DNA of 64,000 nt from positions 1-64,000 of the forward strand of contig CT868681.1 of assembly GCA_000165425.1 (NCBI GenBank), in the 5' to 3' direction. This document shows positions 1 to 13,800 of the stretch, in pieces. The stretch comes from Paramecium tetraurelia (lineage: Eukaryota). The position numbers were made by a program, and so were the translations under genes. Below the pieces are notes generated by a model. It worked only from the letters and a program-made list of their open reading frames with translations, did not search any database and was not told where the DNA came from. Each line of letters begins with the position of its first letter. The stretch's first letter is position 1.

Positions 1-1211
1 AAAATAAGAGGGTTGACAACTTGAATAGCAGATTTAAACTTATGAATTTAAGATAGGGTAAAGTAGCAAGCACTTTAATGAACATCTATGATGATATAAG
101 ATTATTATCAAATCAAACTAATTTTCAAATCTTCCTATTTTAATTTCTAAATATATCACATTATATTTAAGCTATGCCATAAAGAAAACTATTCAGTTTA
201 ATCTAATTGTTAAAGATTTTAATTCCTAATTATAATAATGAAGAATTAACTTCAATAAGGGATACATTATTTTTTGAAAAGGCTAACACTACTCTTAAAA
301 AAAATTGAATTCAAAATTTGTTTCGAAATCTGTTTAATTCATAATTCTAATAATCAATTGTAATGATTTGTAACAACCCCTGAATATTGAAAGGCAGGGT
401 AAATTAAATGTAATGAAAAATAATTGTAAGAAATAGCAAGGATATGACTGGTATTGATTTCTTAATAGATGAATAAGTACATTTACTTACAATAAAAATA
501 ATTTGCTATTCTAATCACTAAGAAACAAAACTAAAACTTTAATTTGAAATTGTTCAAATTTAAAATTTTCACAAAAAAAAAAATTTGGGTATAAAATGGT
601 TGTTGTAGAAAAAAATTGTAATAATAAATGATTATATAATATCTGTGCATATTTTCCCAATAACTATCTTATATGCAAAGAAATTCGCCTTACCACTGCT
701 CCAAGAATTTAAATTGTTTTTTATCTTGGTGATTACAAAATTGCATTAATAATTAATTAAAAAGAATAAAATTTTTTTTATCTTAAGGAGCTGTTTGATA
801 CAAGATTATGAGAACATAATTTGGCGATTATCCAATGTGAAACCAAAAATTATTGCTATTGATGAGGGAAGACTATAAAATACAATATAATTCTAATATA
901 GTCGAATTCATAATTATACTCAATCAGTATTTTGTATTTTATCAAACACTCATTTTATAAAATAAAATTTTTCATAAGTTCTATGATATTTATTCATTCA
1001 CTTTACACTACTTCCTTTTGCAAATTGAAATTTGATTAAAAGGCTTGCGATCTTAAATTTTGGTAATTTTCATATTTTTCAATTTATGAAATCTCTTATA
1101 ATTAGGTATCCAAGTGTTATAATTTTTTAATTATATTTGTCTATTTCTTTATTTCTTCTTGCAATTGTGCAGTTACATTATACATTTTCTCCTTAATTTT
1201 CAATGACTTTT

Positions 1212-1264
1212 CCAAACCCAACCCCAACCCCAAACCCAACCCCAAACCCAAACCCAACCCCAAC
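1212..1264. repeat. Interstitial Paramecium-type telomeric tract (mixed CCCCAA/ACCCAA; G4T2/G3T3 on minus strand)
   Basis: Reads CCAA ACCCAA CCCCAA CCCCAA ACCCAA CCCCAA ACCCAA ACCCAA CCCCAA C (53 nt), with non-telomeric sequence on both sides. Confidence 0.95.
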
Positions 1265-3269
1265 GCTAGATAAGGTATAAGTAAATTTTTGGAAAGGAAA
1301 AGTCAAACCAAATAAAGATAATAAAGAAAATAATTTTTTTAAAGAAATTCAGTACAAAGCTCTTTACTATGTATGTCCATTAACAATAAAATAGTACCTT
1401 TTGCTATTGCCTCACTACTATCACAAAATTTATTTATTATTTATAGGAATTTTTTTTAACTCATCTAATATGAAAACTTCTTTGTAAGATGTAATTAAAT
1501 ATTGAATTTTTGGTACAATATCAATGCTATCTTTGAACATAGCCTCTAAATAAATTAATTAAAGAGTGGTATTTTCCTATTTAAAATCAATCATAAAAGA
1601 AGCTCTTAAATATCCAAGTCTTCCCAATTGTAAACCAAGACAAAATACAAGGGATAATAATACGCAGATAATATTAATTGATCATATAAGCTTTAAAACA
1701 ATTTAATAAATATATCTAAAAAGTTAAAAGTGATCTAGTCAATTGGAAATTAAAACATCATCCATTTTAGATATTTATCCTACTACTTTTTATACGTATT
1801 TGAACAGAGATTACAACTCCAAGATACAAAAAGACATTCTTCCAGCTTTAATGGCAATAAACTTGGATTTCAAAACTTCACCACCTAATATAATATTAGA
1901 AATTATTGATTCCTCATCCAGATCAAGGAATAGCTTAAATTATAACAAAAGAAATGAAGGTGGATTCAAATAAATGTTGATATTATAAATTTCTCCCAAT
2001 AGACTTCTCTAAAATACAAAATATGCATATGATTAGAAAAATTATATATTTGAGTATAATATAAAATACCAATTGAATATTAATGTGAAATGCATTCTTA
2101 TGGATTGGAAAAATCAGAAACTATGAAATAATTCGAAAGAAAATAGCTAATTCATTTGAAATAGTTTCTATAAGTTCTGGAAATCCGCTTGTTGAATTAT
2201 TTATTAATAAGCATTCTATAAAATATAATATTTACACTTTTATCAAAAATATTGAATTTCATTTATAAATAACAATAGCAAAAATCTTTTTTTAATAACA
2301 CAATATTATTTAATTCTCCTTTTAATATTGATTGAATTTTATCTTAAGAAATAATCATTTTACTATTAAATTCATTTTGAATTAGTAATTATTGGCTTTC
2401 TTATTTAAAACAAAATTATCCCTCAGGCTGATGGCAAATACATATTTAGAAGTTTATTTAAATTAAATAATAGATCGATGTTTTATGAACATTAATTAAA
2501 AGAATAAAATCAATTATTTTTATATTAAGCATTATATTTATCTCTAAAAATTTATTCATAAGAAATTTTAATTATATATCATAAATTCTATCACTAATAT
2601 TTAATTCTGTTCTGTAATAATTTAATTTCTGTGTGTAATAATGTGATATAAATGATGTTACCTACCTTGTCCAAAGTTTTAACTTTAAAGTTGATTGCTA
2701 AGATAAATTAGTAGACCTCCAGTTAAATTCTTGTTTCTCTCAAATGAGAAGTCCGAGAAGGTTTGTCTAAACCAACCTTTAGATATATTTTTGGAGTTTC
2801 AAGTAACAATATTCTTTCCAATTATTTTTTTCTCAACAAAGTATTAATTATTTTATAGTTACATCAAATGAACTCAGCTATCACAGTACTCTGATTTATT
2901 TCTTTTAATAAATCTCTAATATTTGAATAGGATATAATTATTTGCATAACATATATTTCTTATACTAATTAAGTTATTGGTTTATTATAGATTAAATATT
3001 CCTATTTAATAAATTCTGAAATTTTTGTATTAATTTATTGTAAAATGATATTTGGATAGGTTTAGAACTTAATAAAATTTGGTTATTCCATCAATTGAAT
3101 TTATATTCTTAATATAAAGGAGGAGGTAATTATTATTAAGAATATTAAGAATTCACAAAATATAAAAAGTTGTCAATAAAAATATATTTCATACTATGAA
3201 TGACAAATTAATCACTATGAAATTGAATAAGTCATATAAAAATTGTTTAAATAATTTTATAATTAAAAA

Positions 3270-3563
3270 ATGTAGGTATTAACACCAGCAGATCTAAAAT
3301 CTGATAAAAAAGTAATTTTATATGGAGCAACACACTGTCCATATTGCTCTAAGGCAAAAGCTCTTTTAGCAAACCTTAATATAGAATTCGAGTATCGAGG
3401 AACTGATGTATCAGCCTAATTTGAATAAGAAAGAGAAGCATTAGGAAAACATTTAAATTACGAGACTATTCCTATGATTTTTGTAAACAATTAATTCATA
3501 GGTGGCAACTCAGATTTGCATGAGCTTCATGAAAAAGGAGGTCTGTTGCCATTGTTAAAATGA
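3270..3563 (+). CDS. GRX: Dithiol glutaredoxin
   Basis: Intronless 97 aa in code 6: MQVLTPADLKSDKKVILYGATHCPYCSKAK...ETIPMIFVNNQFIGGNSDL...LLK*. Has the CPYC active site and the TIP and IGG motifs. Confidence 0.95.
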
Positions 3564-4472
3564 AAACGAATTATTCATATAAAGAAAAAGTTTATATATT
3601 TTTAATCAGCCTGCCAATTCTTCAAGAATAATTAAACTTTCTTGAGTCTTTTTTGAGCTATTTTATGGAATTCAAAGTTGTAAATGTTGTTTAAAGCACT
3701 ATTTTCTTTAATCAATTTTTTAATTAATTATAGTCAAAATCATGGTTGTGTTTATGCTCAGACTTATTTTCATATCAATTACATAAGATGTAGGAGAAAG
3801 CAAATATAAATCCAAAATTCATGCATAAATATTCAATATTAAAGGAAGGCTGTGCTTATTTAACTTTTGCAATTTTTTAATAAATTAATTGAGCGAAAGT
3901 AAATTGGATAGAATATATATCTTCTTTATTCATTATGAAAAGGAATAATTTTCAAAATAGTGAGAATTGGATGCAACAATATATTTATTAAACATAAGTC
4001 TGAGAGAAGGTATTTAGATTAAATTTTTGTTTGTTAATATTACAACTTAATAAAGACGATTTGTCACGTTAAGACTTCTTTATATTTGCTTTAAATAAAT
4101 ATCCCTCCAAAAAAAAAGAAGATTAACTTAATTTTTCTTTTAGAATCTAATATGTTTCTAAAATTAGAAAGATTTCTAGTAGTTATTATATATTTTTACT
4201 GATGTTTGTGATAAATACAAAAAGCCGGAAAGTTATGAGAAAAATAATTCTTAAGTTTTTTGAATAGATACAAAATCAAAAGGCTTCCATTTATTAGTTT
4301 TGCATTTTCATAAAGTAAAAAGTATTTTATACATAAGCAAAATATATAATTTCTCATATATTGTTTTTATATATATAAAATTAATCATCTTTCAGTTTCT
4401 AATCCACAATTGCTAATTATTTTTAAATTGAATAATTAACGATAAAATAATTAGAGTATTATTTTAAATTAA

Positions 4473-6372
4473 ATGAGTAGGAACTTTAAATTAGGTATAA
4501 TTTAGATAATATAAAGTAGGAGAGATAGAAAATCAAACCAAAATAAAATTAGCAAAGTTTTCAGGATAGAATAGCAGATTATTTACATTCGTTGATGATA
4601 TCAATTAGATTTTCATAAACAAGATTGAATTTTCAAAAAATTTAAGTGAGTTGGGTATATAGAATCCATTTAATAAACAATTTGGAATAAGTCAGAATGA
4701 GATTTCATCAATAATATTTTCATAGTCTGAAAACGAATTAGTAAATGGGTCTAATAAAGGAATATTAACTTATTGGGATATATCTACATAAAAAAGTATA
4801 CATAGTAAACGATTTTAGTTATACAAAATATAAAAGGACATTTATCTGGCATTAGTTGTTTGAGTGTATTTCCAAATGATAATAATTTATTGATATCTGG
4901 AGGAATGGATAGTTAGATAAAGATTTGGGATTCAAGACAGTAAAATAATGGATTGACATTACGATCTCACAAATTATCAATAAATAGTATGATGGTATCT
5001 AAAGATGGGAAATTATTGGCTTCAGGATCAAATGATGGAAGTGTAAAGATTTGGGAAATGAATACTTAAAAAGTATTGGCATCATTTAATGAATCAGATT
5101 GGCCTATATGCTGCGTTTAATTTAATCCTGTTGATAAGGCTGTTGCTGCATCCTCAGATGATGGTTGTATCAGATATTGGGATGTTGATAGATTGAGTCT
5201 AATATCTCAAACAATCCCAGACAAATAATGTATTTATCAGATAAAGTTTTGCGAAAATGGTCAATAGTTATTTTCAGCCTAAAACTTCTCCTTAAAAGTT
5301 TGGGATATGGAAAGAGATGGCTTATTATTAGATTATATTGATAGTCAATGGAAATGTATTTTAGATTTAAATGTTTTTGATAACAAAGATATAATTGGGT
5401 TAACAACCTAAAATTCTACAGGTTTAAGTATATTTGGTACAAAGATGAACAATATCAACAATGAAAAACACATATATCGAAATCATAGTGAGAAGGTGCA
5501 GGGATGTTAAATTAGTGATCACGGTTATGAAAGACATAGTGTAAATGTATTGAAACCAAAAAACACTCATATACAGAGTTATGGAAATATATTAGAAGAA
5601 TAAGGCTTTTAATTGTGTAGTAATAATTCAAACAAATTTTTACCGACAAGCCAAATTGCTTAGAGAATTAATTATGAAAGTGTTATTTAAGAGGAGGACA
5701 TGAAATAAAGTTGCTTGGATTTAATAATAAGTCATGATGAGGTTAATTTGTCTAGTTTTGTCATTGACGATTCAAATAAATAAAAATTTAAATAAATGGA
5801 TTAAATCAATGACATTTCAAAAGATCATAGTAAAGTTATTTAAATATTAAATTAAAGAATCAATTATATGAAACCCATTATGCATTGGTGGAGTAATAAT
5901 AATATAAAATCTGCAGTAAATGCGATCAATTAATTAAGCGAACCTTCCATTTTATTTGATGCATTATTGATGTGTGCTTAAAGTACAAAGTTCAAATCCA
6001 TTCCTATGGAACAACTACCTTAGCTTTTAGAAAAATGCAAAATTTTAATAGACTCAAAATACTTGTCTCATATTAGAGGAGGTCTACTGTTTTGTTATAG
6101 AACATTCACTACTTATAGAGACGTACAATTTTGTAATCCATAAATTTTAGGATATTCAAACCATCAAGAGTTTTAATTAGATGTCTAAAGTAGATTTGAG
6201 TAGAGAAGAGAGAATTGCAAAATACGATAAAATAGTGGAACAATTAAAACAAATTGTTTAAATGTCTAAATTGACCAAATTAATTGAGAGAAATAAAATG
6301 GAAGTTAGTGAATTAGCGAAAAAGTTACAAATAGAGATGCTAAGTTTGCTTAAAAGAATTAATTAATAATGA
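4473..6372 (+). CDS. KATNB1: Katanin p80-like WD40 protein
   Basis: WD40 repeats (LISGGMDSQIKIWD, LLASGSNDGSVKIWE, SSDDGCIRYWD) plus a C-terminal con80-like region (HSKVIQILNQRINYMKPIMHWW; VDLSREERIAKY). About 3 tiny introns. Confidence 0.85.
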
Positions 6373-6449
6373 AAACTCTATTATAATATTCTTATTATTT
6401 TGTATATAATAATTATCACAAAACTAGTTTTTTCGACTAATAGTTCAAT

Positions 6450-7797
6450 ATTTAAATAAATTCTATATAACCTCCAGCTTCAAGAATGGATAAGCAAATG
6501 CAACTCGAATTATATTGTATAATAAGTATACGATAAGTAGAATCGAAGAACTTTCTACAACTGAATTATCCTTTATATCTCCATCGACACACCATAAGAT
6601 GATCTTCCCTCTTTTAGAAATCTATTCATCAGCTATGATCTAGGCCATATCCTTACCTCATTATAGTATTGACTCTAATTTGCTCCATTAATAATTGAAT
6701 AATACATCAAAAATAGTATAACTACTGCACGTCCTGACAAGAAACCGAGGCATAAAAATATTACAAAAAAGTATAATCAAGGTGCAATCACTAGTCTCTT
6801 TGCTACTTCTTCTGAATTAGAGAAAACTACAACTTCTCCAACTGTTAAAAATGCAATACTAATAGCAATTTCCAATATACTTCTGATATTGGATATTATA
6901 TATAAGGATTATTGAAACTCAAATTTCTGTGTCGCATTTGACTATACCATCTATCGCAGTATATAAACTACAGCCCAAAATAATTGTTGATTCTCTATAA
7001 ATGAAGGCACAAACTATAACTCCCGTAGCATACCCACAGCAGCAGATGTCCATTAATTATAATTTATCTAAGGGTTTTATTATCGTTATTAATTCCTTAC
7101 AAACTTTAGAATAATAAAAACAGTAATAAAAAAATGAAATATATTGACGTAATGCATATCAATACCACTACAAATCTTACTGTATAAATATAATTCTCAC
7201 TTGTTTTATATCCTGTTGTAATAACTCTACAAATGGATCTACCTGCAAATTTAAATGCAGTCCAAGCTATAATGGAAAAAGAATTGAATCCAAAGAACAA
7301 TCCAATAACGAAACCAGCTTTAGTTCCTACAGGCATAAACCATACCTACAATATTATTTAGAGCTTAATAAAGTTGCTAATAAGGGTAGGAGTATCAAAA
7401 TCAATGCATAAATAAATGAATTATAGTACATTCCAATCACTATATTTATATTTATATTTATCTGCATCCATCAACCAAATCACTTGCATAGTTATGCCTT
7501 ACCTATTCTCATTTGATTGAACACTTCATATTATCTAACGATTTCTTAAGCTTCACACATTAGCACAAATTATTTGACTAAATATTGTGGTTCATCAACT
7601 CTCTCTGACAATCCTCCACATTATGCTATAATACACCAGATCAATTCTAATAAGGATGCTAAGATTATCAACAAAATTGGCCAATCCACTACTAAATCAA
7701 ATACCAACTGCTACAGCTGTTAAAGCAATCTACAAAGATAATTTATATAAGATACTATTGAACCTAGACGCATTCCCAAAGAATAACCAATACACAT
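6450..7797 (-). pseudogene. Decayed multi-pass membrane transporter (MFS-like) pseudogene
   Basis: Hydrophobic segments (MCIGYSLGMRLGSIIALTAVAVGI*, WFMPVGTKAGFVIGLFFGFNSF, VIAP*LYFFVIFLCLGFLSG) are broken by in-frame TGA and frameshifts. Ends are approximate. Confidence 0.6.
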
Positions 7798-7845
7798 TTA
7801 TTAAAAAAACGAATTTATTATAATCTTAATATTCTATACATAATT

Positions 7846-10800
7846 TCATTTAGAGTTAAAATTTCCTTTATTATAATGAGAACCAATTGCTCTAGGATTT
7901 GATTCTTAATATTTTAAACCTTTGGGATTTCGCTAAATGTATAGATAATATTGCTACTTAATTATTATTATCGTTAAATTCTTCTTCTGATGTCGCTGGT
8001 TCAAATTAAAGTTTTGAATTTTCTTGTATTTATTTTTATTACATTTTCTCTTGATTTTTTCTACTTTCCTTCCATTTTCTAAATTCATATGACTAATTTA
8101 GTTTATTTTAATTATGTACTTATGAAAGATTCTTAATTATTTCAATAGAAATTCCACTAAAATTACTGACCCAAATTCCTTATTATTATTATTTTAATGA
8201 AATTACAAAACACAAAGTTGATATATAATTGTCTAATTGTTTATAAATCTCTTCCTATTTGATTAGATGCTATCTCAAAATAATCTCTTCTAGTCTAAAA
8301 TTACAAAAAAGATCAGATCTCAACATTTATTCGTGATGCATCAAGTAAACAATTGTATCCACCAACTTATACTCTAATATTCTATGATCTTTCTATAACT
8401 CTTCACTTACTCTATTTAAGGCTTCTAAATCTTGCAATCTTTCTGGTACTATTTATCCTGATAATACTTATTATCTATTTTATTAAGATATTTTTTCTAT
8501 TTCTTTTAATATATATTCTTAATCTTGATAGTTGGAAATCTTTAGATCTTATATCAATTTTGGGAATTTATTGTATCTTAATTCTGTTTGATGACTAAAA
8601 TAATCAATAGTGAAAGTGGAACCATCAGGTAAAACTAATTTAGAGCCATTTTGACCTATTTTTGTTAATTTGTCTCCGTAAATATATGGATAGACCTAGA
8701 TTAAATTAAGTGTATTGTTTTACTTCTTTTTTGTTTTAAAAAATTTTTGGATCCTTCTCTTCTTCTTTTTAAGTTGCTTTATTGTTTGGAACTAACTTAA
8801 ATTCAGAAGATCCTTGAGATACTGAATCTTAGCTGGATGAGATGCTAGATTATATTTAATTTTATTCTTTAAGTTTTGGTTGTTATTTTTAGTTTGATGA
8901 GACTTATAAGATTTATTATTTCTATTATTGCTGTTATTATTTTGATTCTTACAATTTTTGTATCAATAAACATTAATTGTTTAATTATTGATTCAATTTA
9001 TCCAATTTTACATTTTACATTATCTAAGGCTGTTGTTTTTATACTGTTGATTGAGTTTAAGATTTAAGTCTAATCTTTTATGTCTATAATGTATTATTAT
9101 TCTTAATTTAAGATAAAGAACTTACATCTTATTACCTAACCTATTTATATTTATCTTCACATTTTTGTAATTTACCATCCTAATATTTTTACATGGCTTT
9201 TGCAGTAGTTTCTAGATTAATTTATGCAGAGAATAATTGTTTAGAATAGTTTGGAAACTTTTACAACTCTCTATATGTTTCTATAATTAATTACATCACT
9301 TCTTCATATTCTATATATAAATAAATAAAAGTACTCGATTTATTTTAGACATACTCTCCAAACTATTAATTTTCAATTTCTTTCGCTTTTTCACTCAAAT
9401 CTTTTCTATCTTTTAAAATTGGGACCTATTTCATAGCTGTTAACAACTCATGTCTTTTCTCAATTCTTAATTTTTCATAATAATTGTCATAACTAGATTT
9501 CTTAACCTTTTTGATAGACTATTCCGGCTTGTCTTTTGCTGTGGATGGAATCATCCTTTTCTTTTATTTCATCTATATTTTATCTAGATATTGATTAAGA
9601 TCATCAAATGGTTTCCTTGGTTACAAATCTTTTAATTTTTCTTATTTTTGATAGCTAGAAGCATGCTAAAGTTCTAACACTAATTATGAAATATCTATCT
9701 TTCCTTCGATCAATTAGTTCCCATTAGTACTACTTGTCACAACATTAATGATTTTATTCATTAATTATTCTAAGTATGTGATAAATCCTTTTAACTTCTC
9801 AACCTATAATTTTTAATTATTTAATAATGCTGATTCTAAAATCTCATATCCTTAATGTACAAGATTTTGAAAAGAAGAAAATCCTTATTTTCCAGATTAT
9901 CCACTTTTAAATTAATTAACTTATTTAATCCAAATAGCCATTCTAACCCTTTCATATTATTCCCCCCATCTTAGATTAGTCTTTAATTCCTTAAATTCTT
10001 TTTAGGACTGATCTGATAATGGATTACATTCTATTTATTCTAATCTTTTATTAAATTCTTAGTAGTCTCTCAATAGGTTTTCAGTTTCAGGATGAATAAT
10101 GATGCAATCCTCATTTTATTTCTATAGTTTTTTCATAAGTTCAGTCAACTGTTTACAATTTTGTGATGACTTCTATTTTTATAACATCTATTTAATGGTT
10201 GAATAATTTCCTTTCAATTATTCATACTAGTTTAACCATGTCTATGCTAATTATTTTTCGTCTTATAATGGCAATTGTTCTAATTTTTCTACAAGGTTCT
10301 ATACCACTATCTCCTTGCATTTGACCGATGAACTTTATATTTCATTTATGTCCTTTTTCACTTATTAGCATTCCTAATACTTTATTAATACATCTTCTTT
10401 ATCATTTATCTCAATATTTAATATTTTTCCAATATCCTCTATACATAATTCCAATTCTTCAAATTTGTAATCCTATTCATTCTTTATTTTATTAGCAATA
10501 GTTTGAACATTTTCTGCAATTGCTAATATGTTATTGAATTATGAAACATACTCTTCAAATTCATTGTTGGTTCCTTCCATTAAATTCATTAAACTTGTAT
10601 ATTATTTTTTAGCCTTTTACAATTCAACAGTTTTTTTTCCCTTAACAATGTCTCTAATCTTCGATTAGTATATTTTTATTTTCAATTGATCTAATAGCAA
10701 ATCGTCCTATATAAATGATTAAGTCAATCTTTAATATAGCTATGAATAGATTTAGATATCATCATTGTTGCAATTATTAAAATCTTCTTATATTTGTTTA

Positions 10801-13800
10801 ATATTTTCTAAATCTGTACAGAATTCTTTTGAAAAGAAATCATGTACCATATTACTTATTCTTTTTAGTTTTTGTTCTAAATCAATGGCATCTAAAATTT
10901 AGAAATGTAATTTTTATTTTGATGATGATTCTTACTTCGATTTCTTTTTTTCTAAAAATACTTATTTTCTTTAACCATATTCCTTAAATTTATCCACTAA
11001 GTTGTTGAAATTATTGACTTTTTGATTTATTATTTGAATAATTGCTGAATACTTAGGCATATGAGACATTTAAATAATTTCTAATAGCAGCTTGAGACTC
11101 TCATATGTGTGTAATTCAGAGTTTTCAATTTCTTAAAATTTCGTAATGATTGTTACCCATACATTATAAATTTTCACTTAATCCCATATTCCACCTTTAA
11201 TATTTAAAGTTATTTTGTTATAACCCTCAAACCAATCAGATAATGAGATTTCTTTTGGTTATTTATTAATATAGTCTTGTAATGGTACAACTATCTAATT
11301 AAGTATTACAAATTATTTATTAAACAATTCAATAAATTAATCCAACTTAGTTTATTCTACATGATCTTATAATTGAAACTTCTTTGTTATTACAGATTCT
11401 ATTAATTGATTACTTATTTCTGACTTTTACTCATGTAACGATAATAATATTTTGGTTTATTTTTACCATAAGAAGTTTGAATATTAATTAAAGACATTAT
11501 TGATTCGTTTATCGAGTATGTTTTGCTGTTTATTTAAGATGGCTTCTAAATCATTAATCATCGATTCTTGATCATTTTTAAATATGATAGAAAAAGGATT
11601 GCTAATTTAATTAATTTTAAATTGCAAATCTGGATTTTTATCATCTTCAATTTCCATTTCCTACTCAGGAGATTTATATTTTTAATAAAACTCATACAAT
11701 TGTTAGATAAATTGACAAGCTTTGTTTAAACTTTATAATTGTTATTTCTCTTCAAATATAATTTTACTTTAAGAAATTTCATATAAATATAACTTGGCTT
11801 AATCTAATTATTCACATTCATAAATTTCATTTTCTAATAATCTTTGAATTTCTTTCTTTTTTTAGTGATACTTATTGATTTCACATTCAAATTAGTGAAT
11901 TATTTTATCATCAAAATTATATTATTTTGATTTTTCTAAACACATTTCTAATTATTAAAACGTTTGTGTTTTGGCTAGTCTTATTTTTTCAACTTCCTAA
12001 AATATTTCTAATTTTTATTGAAGTTCTTTAATTTCTGGAACATCATATAATTTATTCATTTATAATTCTGCTTAGTATTTTTTTCTTAATTATTCATTTA
12101 GCCCTTTTTAAAGTGTTATATTTCTTAACTTTTATCTATATTCATTCATTTGTTTTTCTACTCTACTTAAAAGTTAAACCTCCTTCTAAGGAGCTTTAGT
12201 TTCTTTTTATAAGTCTTTTAGCATTTATAAATGTGGAATGGAGATTTTAATCTAAATTTCTTTAGTTATTTATTATAACTCGCTGTCGTCATCATCATCA
12301 TCCCTATCTTAATAATAATCAAGATCTTGGATGTATAGTTCATACAATTTAATTTTAGATAGAAAAGCATAATGTTTAGGGAAATCCTTATAATAACAGA
12401 ATGTTTGTTCCATTTTATTTATTAGAATTTGAATGGCATTATTCTGATTATATAGTTTGGAATCCTCTAATTATCCAATAATATGCAATCCTTAATTTAC
12501 TTCTTATTCTATGTATGAAATCCAAGATACTTTAATAGATAAGTTTTCAATTTATTTTAAAATCTTATTAACATACTCCACATTAATTTTACATTAATTT
12601 AATTTAATTCTGGATTGAGAAATGAGATTGAAGAATTCTTAATAATTGTGAATTGGCTCTATTTCTAATTCAAAATATTTTTGTAATTTTTAATACTCCT
12701 CAAGTTCATCATCTTCATCTTCTTCTTCTTCAGATGAGTCAATAATTCCATTAAATTTGGTTTCAAAATCTTAGAATTTATCTTAAGATTTTTGCAAAGT
12801 AGAAACAAACTCTCTTTTTATTCTTTTATAAGTTGGTATTTATTATTGTAAGTAAATGAACTCTTGAAATTCAGTTGATTTATATTCCATTAATATTGTA
12901 GTCTTCGTTATTTTCTATTTCATTATAATTATGTCAAAGGCTTTTTGTAAATGATTCAATTTTTGTAATAATTCCTAATAAAATTAGCATTCTTCCAAAT
13001 CTTTAAACAAAGTGATAACTTGTAATAGTTTATTTTTTAAAGCACTATTATGTTGAATATTTTCAGGAATAGTGTTATTTTTGTCATCTAACTAAGATCT
13101 GATTATCCATTAGTTTTCATCTCTATAAGGAATTTTTTAGGTAAAAATAAAGTTCATCAAATCAGTTAATTTAGATTTCTCTTCAATTAAACCAAGCTAA
13201 GTTTATAGAGAATTTGGAAATGGAAGATTTGAAAGAATGAATTATAGTATTTAATATTCAGCTTCATTATCTAAATATTTAAAAAATTTTACATTTGGAT
13301 ATCATTCTATCTAACGCTCTTTCACAATAAATTCCAATAATAAGGAGTGATATGAAATTCAATTTCAAAACAGGTGGAAATAATTGATTTAAATTAGAAA
13401 TTGGATTAAATCTTAAGATATGATTTAGTTTATTTTTTGCCCATCTAATACAGAATGGACAACAATATATTTCTTTGCTCTTTTGTTCTTGAAAATCCTT
13501 TTAGTATTTTCGTACACATTGATCATGAAACCATTCTGTACAGGTTTCACATTAGACCATATCATCTGAATCTACTTCTTGTTTACAATAACAATAAGAC
13601 TTAGCAGATTTGTGTTTGAAACAAATCCATGATAAGATAGATCTAATATGATAATTATTAATTACTCTTTTTCTTCTTCAATTTTATCAGTTTAAAAGTA
13701 TTGTTAAAATAATACATCTAATTTAATTTACTTAGAATTTCCTTATATTTTCATATATTATTCAAATATATTTTGGACATTATTTTTAAGTGACTATTTA

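Noticed and set aside
1212..1264. CRISPR array or ordinary microsatellite
   Set aside because: There are no spacers, and the unit mix matches Paramecium telomerase product.
1265..1700. Minus-strand TGA-free frame running into the telomeric tract (gene truncated by telomere addition)
   Set aside because: Long TGA-free frames arise by chance in code 6, and there is no recognisable motif.
6450..7797. UGA recoding (Trp/Sec) in the MFS-like gene
   Set aside because: Frameshifts accompany the TGAs, no SECIS is evident, and all intact genes use TGA as stop.
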